Source: Eledone cirrhosa
Taxonomy: Eukaryota
NCBI GenBank assembly: GCA_964016885.1
Contig: OZ024744.1
Coordinates: 3,720,001-3,784,000, forward strand
DNA: 64,000 nt
Direction: 5' to 3'
The translations under genes and the position numbers were made by a program. A model generated the notes under the pieces. That model had not been told where the DNA came from, did no database searches, and saw nothing but the letters and a program-made list of their open reading frames with translations. Below are positions 54,901 to 64,000 of this stretch, piece after piece. Numbering within the stretch: position 1 is the stretch's first letter; every line of letters starts with the position of its first letter.

Positions 54901-57840
54901 GAAGAACGAAGTTTTGGGGGAAGACAAGGCAGAAAAAGATAGATTGGTGAAGAACGAAGTTTTGAGGGATGACAAGGTAGAGAAAGATGACTTGGTGAAG
55001 AAAGAAGTTTTTGGGAAAGACAAGGTAGAGAAAGATAGCTTGGTGAAGAACGAAGTTTTGGGGGAAGACAAGGTAGAGAAAGATAGCTTGGTGAAGAACG
55101 AAGTTTTGGGGGAAGACAAGGTAGAGAAAGATAGCTTGGTGAAGAACGAAGTTTTGAGGGAAGACAAGGTAGAGAAAGATAGGTTGGTGAATAACGAAGT
55201 TTTGGGAGAAGACAAGGTAGAGAAAGATAGCTTGGTGAAGAACGATGTTTTGAGGGAAGGCAAGGTAGAGAAAGATAGCTTGGTGAAGAACGACGTTTTG
55301 AGGGAAGACAAGGTAGAGAAAGATAGCTTGTTGAAGAACGAAGTTCTGAGGGAAGACAAGGTAGAGAAAGATAGCTTGGTGAAGAACGAAGTTTTGGGAG
55401 AAAACAAGGTAGAGAAAGATATCTTGGTGAAGAACGAAGTTTCGACGGAAGACAAAGTAGAGAAAGATAGCTTGGTGAAGAATGACGTTTTGTGGGAAGA
55501 CAAGGTAGAGAAAGATAGCTTGGTGAAGAACGAAGTTTTGTGTGAAGACAAGCTAGAGAAAGATAGCTTGGTGAAGAACGAAGTTTTGGGAGAAAACAAG
55601 GTAGAGAAAGATAGCTTGCTGAAGAACGAAGTTTTGGGGGAAGACAAGGTAGAGAAAGATAGCTTGCGAAGAACGAAGTTTTGGGGGAAGACAAGGTAGA
55701 GAAAGATAGCTTGGTGAAGAACGAAGTTTTGGGGGATGACAAGGTAGAGAAAGATAGCTTGGTGAAGAACGAAGTTTTGGGGGAAGACAAGGTAGAGAAA
55801 GATAGCTTGGTGAAGAACAAAGTTTTGAGGGAAGACGAGGTAGAGAAAGATAGCTTGGTGAAGAACGAAGTTTTGGGGGAAGACAAGGTAGAGAAAGATA
55901 GCTTGGTGAAGAACGAAGTTTGGGGGAAGACAAGGTAGAGAAAGATAGCTTGGTGAAGAACGACGTTTTGAGGGAAGACAAGGTCGTGAAAGATAGCTTG
56001 GTGAAGAACGAAGTTTTGGGAGGAGACAAGGTAGAGAAAGATATCTTGGTGAAGAACGAAGTTTTGACGGAAGACAAGGTAGAGAAAGATAGCTTGGTGA
56101 AGAATGACGTTTTGTGGGAAGACAAGGTAGAGAAAGATAGCTTGGTGAAGAACGAAGTTTTGTGTGAAGACAAGCTAGAGAAAGATAGCTTGGTGAAGAA
56201 CGAAGTTTTGGGGGAAGACAAGGTAGAGAAAGATAGATTGGTGAAGAACAAAGTTTTGAGGGATGACAAGGTAGAGAAAGATGACTTGGTGAAGAACGAA
56301 GTTTTGGGGGAAGACAAGGTAGAGAAAGATAGCTTGGTGAAGAACGAAGTTTTGAGGGAAGACAAGGTAGAGAAAGATAGCTTGGTGAATAACGAAGTTT
56401 TGGGAGAAGACAAGGTAGAGAAAGATAGCTTGGTGAAGAACGAAGTTTTGGGGGAAGACAAGGTAGAGAAAGATAGCTTGGTGAAGAACGAAGTTTTGAG
56501 GGAAGACAAGGTAGAGAAAGATAGCTTGGTGAAGAACGACGTTTTGAGGGAAGACAAGGTAGAGAAAGATAGCTTGGTGAAGAACGACGTTTTGTGGGAA
56601 GACAAGGTAGAGAAAGATAGCTTGGTGAAGAACGAAGTTTTGGGGGAAGACAAGGTAGAGAAAGAGAGCTTGGTGAAGAACGACGTTTTGATGAAAGACA
56701 AGGTAGAGAAAGATAGCTTGGTGAAGAACGAAGTTTTGGGGAAGACAATGTAGAGAAAGATAGCTTGGTGAAGAACGAAGTTTTGGGGGAAGACAAGGTA
56801 GAGAAAGATAGCTTGGTGAAGAACGAAGTTCTGAGGGTAGACAAGGTAGAGAAAGATAGCTTGGTGAAGAACGAAGTTTTGGGAGAAGACAAGGTAGAGA
56901 AAGATATCTTGGTGAAGAACGAAGTTTTGACGGAAGACAAGGTAGAGAAAGATAGCTTGGTGAAGAATGACGTTTTGTGGGAAGACAAGGTAGAGAAAGA
57001 TAGCTTGGTGAAGAACGAAGTTTTGTGTGAAGACAAGGTAGAGAAAGATAGCTTGGTGAAGAACGAAGTTTTGGGGGAAGACAAGGCAGAAAAAGATAGA
57101 TTGGTGAAGAACGAAGTTTTGAGGGATGACAAGGTAGAGAAAGATGACTTGGTGAAGAAAGAAGTTTTGGGGAAAGACAAGGTAGAGAAAGATAGCTTGG
57201 TGAAGAACGAAGTTTTGGGGGAAGACAAGGTAGAGAAAGATAGCTTGGTGAAGAACGAAGTTTTGGGGGAAGACAAGGTAGAGAAAGATAGCTTGGTGAA
57301 GAACGAAGTTTTGAGGGAAGACAAGGTAGAGAAAGATAGGTTGGTGAATAACGAAGTTTTGGGAGAAGACAAGGTAGAGAAAGATAGCTTGGTGAAGAAC
57401 GATGTTTTGAGGGAAGGCAAGGTAGAGAAAGATAGCTTGGTGAAGAACGACGTTTTGAGGGAAGACAAGGTAGAGAAAGATAGCTTGTTGAAGAACGAAG
57501 TTCTGAGGGAAGACAAGGTAGAGAAAGATAGCTTGGTGAAGAACGAAGTTTTGGGAGAAAACAAGGTAGAGAAAGATATCTTGGTGAAGAACGAAGTTTC
57601 GACGGAAGATAAAGTAGAGAAAGATAGCTTGGTGAAGAATGACGTTTTGTGGGAAGACAAGGTAGAGAAAGATAGCTTGGTGAAGAACGAAGTTTTGTGT
57701 GAAGACAAGCTAGAGAAAGATAGCTTGGTGAAGAACGAAGTTTTGGGAGAAAACAAGGTAGAGAAAGATATCTTGGTGAAGAACGAAGTTTCGACGGAAG
57801 ACAAGGTAGAGAAAGATAGCTTGGTGAAGAATGACGTGTT
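45951..57840. repeat. Satellite sub-domain C (B-derived, with added markers)
   Basis: Keeps the B markers and adds the T-deleted GAAGTTTGGG monomer (first ~45951), GTCGTGAAA and GGAGGAGAC. From ~53070 it adds GAGAGC...ATGAAA and GCAGAAAAA. Confidence 0.7.
47682..51580. repeat. Nested duplications of 668 bp (14 monomers, -4 nt) and 1676 bp (35 monomers, -4 nt)
   Basis: ORF starts 47682/48350 and 47969/48637 are offset by 668. 48350/50026 and 49001/50677 are offset by 1676 and share private variants AAGTACGAA and TTGGAGAAG. Confidence 0.85.
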
Positions 57841-60800
57841 GTGGGAAGACATGGTAGAGAAAGATAGCTTGGTGAAGAACGAAGTTTTGAGGGAAGACGA
57901 GGTAGAGAAAGATAGCTTGGTGAAGAACGAAGTTTTGGGGGAAGACAAGGTAGAGAAAGATAGCTTGGTGAAGAACGACGTTTTGAGGGAAGACAAGGTA
58001 GAGAAAGATAGCTTGGTGAAGAACGAAGTTTTGACGGAAGACAAGGTAGAGAAAGATAGCTTGGTGAAGAATGACGTTTTGTGGGAAGACAAGGTAGAGA
58101 AAGATAGCTTGGTGAAGAACGAAGTTTTGAGGGAAGACGAGGTAGAGAAAGATAGCTTGGTGAAGAACGAAGTTTTGGGGGAAGACAAGGTAGAGAAAGA
58201 TAGCTTGGTGAAGAACGACGTTTTGAGGGAAGACAAGGTAGAGAAAGATAGCTTGGTGAAGAACGAAGTTTTGGGGGAAGACAAGGTAGAGAAAGGTAGC
58301 TTGGTGAAGAACGAAGTTTTGGGGGAAGACAAGGTAGAGAAAGATAGCTTGGTGAAGAACGAAGTTTTAGGGGAAGACAAGGTAGAGAAAGATAGCTTGG
58401 TGAAGAACGAAGTTTTGAGGGAAGACAAGGTAGAGAAAGATGACTTGGTGAAGAACGAAGTTTTGGGGGAAGACAAGGTAGAGAAAGATAGCTTGGTGAA
58501 GAACGAAGTTTTGAGGGAAGACCAGGTAGAGAAAGATAGCTTGGTGAAGAACGAAGTTTTGGGGGAAGACAAGGTAGAGAAAGATAGCTTGGTGAAGAAC
58601 GAAGTTTTGGGGGAAGACAAGGTAGAGAAAGATAGCTTGGTGAAGAACGACGTTTTGAGGGAAGACAAGGTAGAGAAAGATAGCTTGGTGAAGAACGAAG
58701 TTTTGGGGGAAGACAAGGTAGAGAAAGATAGCTTGGTGAAGAACGAAGTTTTGGGGGAAGACAAGGTAGAGAAAGATAGCTTGGTGAAGAATGACGTTTT
58801 GTGGGAAGACAAGGTAGAGAAAGATAGCTTGGTGAAGAACGAAGTTTTGAGGGAAGACGAGGTAGAGAAAGATAGCTTGGTGAAGAACGAAGTTTTGGGG
58901 GAAGACAAGGTAGAGAAAGATAGCTTGGTGAAGAACGACGTTTTGAGGGAAGACAAGGTAGAGAAAGATAGCTTGGTGAAGAACGAAGTTTTGGGGGAAG
59001 ACAAGGTAGAGAAAGGTAGCTTGGTGAAGAACGAAGTTTTGGGGGAAGACAAGGTAGAGAAAGATAGCTTGGTGAAGAACGAAGTTTTAGGGGAAGACAA
59101 GGTAGAGAAAGATAGCTTGGTGAAGAACGAAGTTTTGAGGGAAGACAAGGTAGAGAAAGATGACTTGGTGAAGAACGAAGTTTTGGGGGAAGACAAGGTA
59201 GAGAAAGATAGCTTGGTGAAGAACGAAGTTTTGAGGGAAGACCAGGTAGAGAAAGATAGCTTGGTGAAGAACGAAGTTTTGGGGGAAGACAAGGTAGAGA
59301 AAGATAGCTTGGTGAAGAACGAAGTTTTGGGGGAAGACAAGGTAGAGAAAGATAGCTTGGTGAAGAACGACGTTTTGAGGGAAGACAAGGTAGAGAAAGA
59401 TAGCTTGGTGAAGAACGAAGTTTTGGGGGAAGACAAGGTAGAGAAAGATAGCTTGGTGAAGAACGAAGTTTTGGGATAAGACAAGGTAGAGAAAGATAGC
59501 TTGGTGAAGAACGAAGTTCTGAGGGAAGACAAGGTAGAGAAAGATAGCTTGGTGAAGAACGAAGTTTTGGGAGGAGACAAGGTAGAGAAAGATATCTTGG
59601 TGAAGAACGAAGTTTTGACGGAAGACAAGGTAGAGAAAGATAGCTTGGTGAAGAATGACGTTTTGTGGGAAGACAAGGTAGAGAAAGATAGCTTGTTGAA
59701 GAACGAAGTTTTGTGTGAAGACAAGCTAGAGAAAGATAGCTTGGTGAAGAACGAAGTTTTGGGGGAAGACAAGGTAGAGAAATATAGATTGGTGAAGAAC
59801 AAAGTTTTGAGGGATGACAAGGTAGAGAAAGATGACTTGGTGAAGAACGAAGTTTTGGGGGAAGACAAGGTAGAGAAAGATAGCTTGGTGAAGAACGAAG
59901 TTTTGAGGGAAGACAAGGTAGAGAAAGATAGCTTGGTGAATAACGAAGTTTTGGGAGAAGACAAGGTAGAGAAAGATAGCTTGGTGAAGAACGAAGTTTT
60001 GGGGGAAGACAAGGTAGAGAAAGATAGCTTGGTGAAGAACGAAGTTTTGAGGGAAGACAAGGTAGAGAAAGATAGCTTGGTGAAGAACGATGTTTTGAGG
60101 GAAGACAAGGTAGAGAAAGATAGCTTGGTGAAGAACGACGTTTTGAGGGAAGACAAGGTAGAGAAAGATAGCTTGGTGAAGAACGACGTTTTGTGGGAAG
60201 ACAAGGTAGAGAAAGATAGCTTGGTGAAGAACGAAGTTTTGGGGGAAGACAAGGTAGAGAAAGATAGCTTGGTGAAGAACGAAGTTTTGGGGGTAGACAA
60301 GGTAGAGAAAGAGAGCTTGGTGAAGAACGACGTTTTGATGAAAGACAAGGTAGAGAAAGATAGCTTGGTGAAGAACGAAGTTTTGGGGGAAGACAAGGTA
60401 GAGAAAGATAGCTTGGTGAAGAACAAAGTTTTGGGGGAAGACAAGGTAGAGAAAGATAGCTTGGTGAAGAACGACGTTTTCAGGGAAGACAAGGTAGAGA
60501 AAGATAGCTTGGTGAAGAACGAAGTTTTGGGGGAAGACAAGGTAGAGAAAGATAGCTTGGTGAAGAACGAAGTTTTGGGGGTAGACAAGGTAGAGAAAGA
60601 TAGCTTGGTGAAGAACGAAGTTCTGAGGGAAGACAAGGTAGAGAAAGATAGCTTGGTGAAGAACGAAGTTTTGGGAGGAGACAAGGTAGAGAAAGATATC
60701 TTGGTGAAGAACGAAGTTTTGACGGAAGACAAGGTAGAGAAAGATAGCTTGGTGAAGAATGACGTTTTGTGGGAAGACAAGGTAGAGAAAGATAGCTTGG

Positions 60801-63800
60801 TGAAGAACGAAGTTTTGTGTGGAGACAAGCTAGAGAAAGATAGCTTGGTGAAGAACGAAGTTTTGGGGGAAGACAAGGTAGATAAAGATAGATTGGTGAA
60901 GAACAAAGTTTTGAGGGATGACAAGGTAGAGAAAGATGACTTGGTGAAGAACGAAGTTTTGGGGGAAGACAAGGTAGAGAAAGATAGCTTGGTGAAGAAC
61001 GAAGTTTTGAGGGAAGACAAGGTAGAGAAAGATAGCTTGGTGAATAACGAAGTTTTGGGAGAAGACAAGGTAGAGAAAGATAGCTTGGTGAAGAACGAAG
61101 TTTTGGGGGAAGACAAGGTAGAGAAAGATAGCTTGGTGAAGAACGAAGTTTTGAGGGAAGACAAGGTAGAGAAAGATAGCTTGGTGAAGAACGATGTTTT
61201 GAGGGAAGACAAGGTAGAGAAAGATAGCTTGGTGAAGAACGACGTTTTGAGGGAAGACAAGGTAGAGAAAGATAGCTTGGTGAAGAACGACGTTTTATGG
61301 GAAGACAAGGTAGAGAAAGATAGCTTGGTGAAGAACGAAGTTTTGGGGGAAGACAAGGTAGAGAAAGATAGCTTGGTGAAGAACGAAGTTTTGGGGGAAG
61401 ACAAGGTAGAGAAAGAGAGCTTGGTGAAGAACGACGTTTTGATGAAAGACAAGGTAGAGAAAGATAGCTTGGTGAAGAATGACGTTTTGTGGGAAGACAA
61501 GGTAGAAAAAGATAGCTTGGTGAAGAACGAAGTTTTGTGTGAAGACAAGGTAGAGAAAGATAGCTTGGTGAAGAACGAAGTTTTGGGGGAAGACAAGGCA
61601 GAGAAAGATAGCTTGGTGAAGAACGAAGTTTTGGGGGAAGACAAGGTAGAGAAAGATAGCTTGGTGAAGAACGAAGTTTTGAGGGAAGACAAGGTAGAGA
61701 AAGATAGCTTGGTGAATAACGAAGTTTTGAGGGATGACAAGGTAGAGAAAGATGACTTGGTGAAGAAAGAAGTTTTGGGGGAAGACAAGGTAGAGAATGA
61801 TAGCTTGGTGAAGAACGAAGTTTTGGGGGAAGACAAGGTAGAGAAAGATAGCTTGGTGAAGAACGACGTTTTGAGGGAAGACAAGGTAGAGAAAGATAGC
61901 TTGGTGAAGAACGAAGTTCTGAGGGAAGACAAGGTAGAGAAAGATAGCTTGGTGAAGAACGAAGTTTTGGGAGAAAACAAGGTAGAGAAAGATATCTTGG
62001 TGAAGAACGAAGTTTCGACGGAAGTCAAGGTAGAGAAAGATAGCTTGGTGAAGAATGACGTTTTGTGGGAAGACAAGGTAGAGAAAGATAGCTTGGTGAA
62101 GAATGAAGTTTTGTGTGAAGACAAGCTAGAGAAAGATAGCTTGGTGAAGAACGACGTTTTGTGGGAAGACAAGGTAGAGAAAGATAGCTTGGTGAAGAAC
62201 GAAGTTTTGGGGGAAGACAAGGTAGAGAAAGATAGCTTGCGAAGAACGAAGTTTTGGGGGAAGACAAGGTAGAGAAAGATAGCTTGGTGAAGAACGAAGT
62301 TTTGGGGGAAGACAAGGTAGAGAAAGATAGCTTGGTGAAGAACGACGTTTTGAGGGAAGACAAGTTAGAGAAAGATAGCTTGGTGAAGAATGACGTTTTG
62401 TGGGAAGAAAAGGTAGAGAAAGATAGCTTGGTGAAGAACGAAGTTTTGTGTGAAGACAAGCTAGAGAAAGATAGCTTGGTGAAGAACGAAGTTTTGGGGG
62501 AAGACAAGGTAGAGAAAGATAGATTGGTGAAGAACAAAGTTTTGATGGATGACAAGGTAGAGAAAGATGACTTGGTGAAGAACGAAGTTTTGGGGGAAGA
62601 CAAGGTAGAGAAAGATAGCTTGGTGAAGAACGAAGTTTTGAGGGAAGACAAGGTAGAGAAAGATAGCTTGGTGAATAACGAAATTTTGGGAGAAGACAAT
62701 GTAGAGAAAGATAGCTTGGTGAAGAACGAAGTTTTGGGGGAAGACAAGGTAGAGAAAGATAGCTTGGTGAAGAACGAAGTTTTGAGGGAAGACAAGGTAG
62801 AGAAAGATAGCTTGGTGAAGAACGATGTTTTGAGGGAAGACAAGGTAGAGAAAGATAGCTTGGTGAAGAACGACGTTTTGAGGGAAGACAAGGTAGAGAA
62901 AGATAGCTTGGTGAAGAACGACGTTTTGTGGGAAGACAAGGTAGAGAAAGATAGCTTGGTGAAGAACGAAGTTTTGGGGGAAGACAAGGTAGAGAAAGAT
63001 AGCTTGGTGAAGAACGAAGTTTTGGGGGAAGACAAGGTAGAGAAAGAGAGCTTGGTGAAGAACCACGTTTTGATGAAAGACAAGGTAGAGAAAGATAGCT
63101 TGGTGAAGAACGAAGTTTTGGGGAAGACAATGTAGAGAAAGATAGCTTGGTGAAGAACGAAGTTTTGGGGGAAGACAAGGTAGAGAAAGATAGCTTGGTG
63201 AAGAACGAAGTTCTGAGGGAAGACAAGGTAGAGAAAGATAGCTTGGTGAAGAACGAAGTTTTGGGAGAAGACAAGGTAGAGAAAGATATCTTGGTGAAGA
63301 ACGAAGTTTTGACGGAAGACAAGGTAGAGAAAGATAGCTTGGTGAAGAATGACGTTTTGTGGGAAGACAAGGTAGAGAAAGATAGCTTGGTGAAGAACGA
63401 AGTTTTGTGTGAAGACAAGGTAGAGAAAGATAGCTTGGTGAAGAACGAAGTTTTGGGGGAAGACAAGGCAGAGAAAGATAGATTGGTGAAGAACGAAGTT
63501 TTGAGGGATGACAAGGTAGAGAAAGATGACTTGGTGAAGAAAGAAGTTTTGGGGGAAGACAAGGTAGAGAAAGATAGCTTGCGAAGAACGAAGTTTTGGG
63601 GGAAGACAAGGTAGAGAAAGATAGCTTGGTGAAGAACGAAGTTTTGGGGGAAGACAAGGTAGAGAAAGATAGCTTGGTGAAGAACGACGTTTTGAGGGAA
63701 GACAAGTTAGAGAAAGATAGCTTGGTGAAGAATGACGTTTTGTGGGAAGACAAGGTAGAGAAAGATAGCTTGGTGAAGAACGAAGTTTTGTGTGAAGACA

Positions 63801-64000
63801 AGCTAGAGAAAGATAGCTTGGTGAAGAACGAAGTTTTGGGGGAAGACAAGGTAGAGAAAGATAGATTGGTGAAGAACAAAGTGTTGATGGATGACAAGGT
63901 AGAGAAAGATAGCTTGGTGAAGAACGAAGTTTTGGGAGAAGACAAGGTAGAGAAAGATAGCTTGGTGAAGAACGAAGTTTTGAGGGAAGACAAGGTAGAG
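57841..64000. repeat. Satellite sub-domain D (indel-poor, partly near-consensus)
   Basis: No indel monomer between ~56760 and ~62235. 57841-59480 lacks most B markers and carries private variants AAAGGTAGC, TTTTAGGG and AGGGAAGACCAG. More singleton variants appear towards the end. Confidence 0.6.
58037..59475. repeat. Tandem duplication of a 720-bp (15-monomer) unit
   Basis: Private variants GAAAGGTAGC (58291/59011), TTTTAGGG and GACCAG (58520/59240) each recur at exactly 720 bp. Confidence 0.9.

Larger units (their letters stand above)
1..64000. repeat. 48-bp tandem satellite array, about 1,330 head-to-tail monomers, extending beyond both window edges
   Basis: The monomer GGTAGAGAAAGATAGCTTGGTGAAGAACGAAGTTTTGGGGGAAGACAA recurs continuously from base 1 to 64000 in one orientation. 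Most copies differ from consensus by only 0-3 bases. Copy number is estimated as 64000/48. Confidence 0.99.

Noticed and set aside
17-63993. ORF-track entries as genuine genes
   Set aside because: All are translations of the same monomer with mostly TTG/GTG starts internal to the repeat. They overlap on both strands, and their ends are set by variant monomers. No recognisable domain.
1-64000. CRISPR array or other repeat-spacer system
   Set aside because: There are no unique spacers: the variable part is only 1-3 substitutions drawn from a small reused set. The repeat is not palindromic, and no cas genes or leader are present.
1-64000. Canonical G-quadruplex array
   Set aside because: Only one run of three or more G per 48 bp, and it is often disrupted; the other tracts are GG with long loops.
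1-64000. Centromere identity or nucleosome phasing (3x48=144, 4x48=192)
   Set aside because: Numerical coincidence only. No dominant 3- or 4-monomer periodicity was seen, and centromere function cannot be read from sequence.
1-64000. Promoters, terminators, tRNA/rRNA, transposon ends, inversions
   Set aside because: No non-repeat sequence, strong hairpin or reverse-oriented monomer was seen anywhere in the window.

Overview
The whole 64 kb window is one uninterrupted, head-to-tail tandem array of a 48-bp monomer (consensus GGTAGAGAAAGATAGCTTGGTGAAGAACGAAGTTTTGGGGGAAGACAA; about 1,330 copies). The consensus is 75% purine on the + strand (18 G, 18 A, 9 T, 3 C). I saw no unique sequence, spacer, transposon, RNA gene, inversion or array edge. 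All ORFs in the track are products of the monomer. One + frame is open and reads (LVKNEVLGEDKVEKDS)n. All three - frames are open because the consensus lacks TTA/CTA/TCA. The information lies in the variant monomers: recurrent substitutions and four recurrent 47-bp deletion monomers define nested higher-order repeats (8-9-mers, then 14- to 57-mers, then 4-12 kb segmental copies) and successive sub-domains, with a sharp marker switch near 14.3-14.9 kb. The best-supported reading is a young, highly homogenised satellite/macro-minisatellite, probably eukaryotic (inference). Origin from a repeat-coding exon is possible but unproven. I cannot identify the organism or repeat family, and I see no evidence for a multi-gene system here. 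Coordinates and counts were obtained by eye and from the ORF track.
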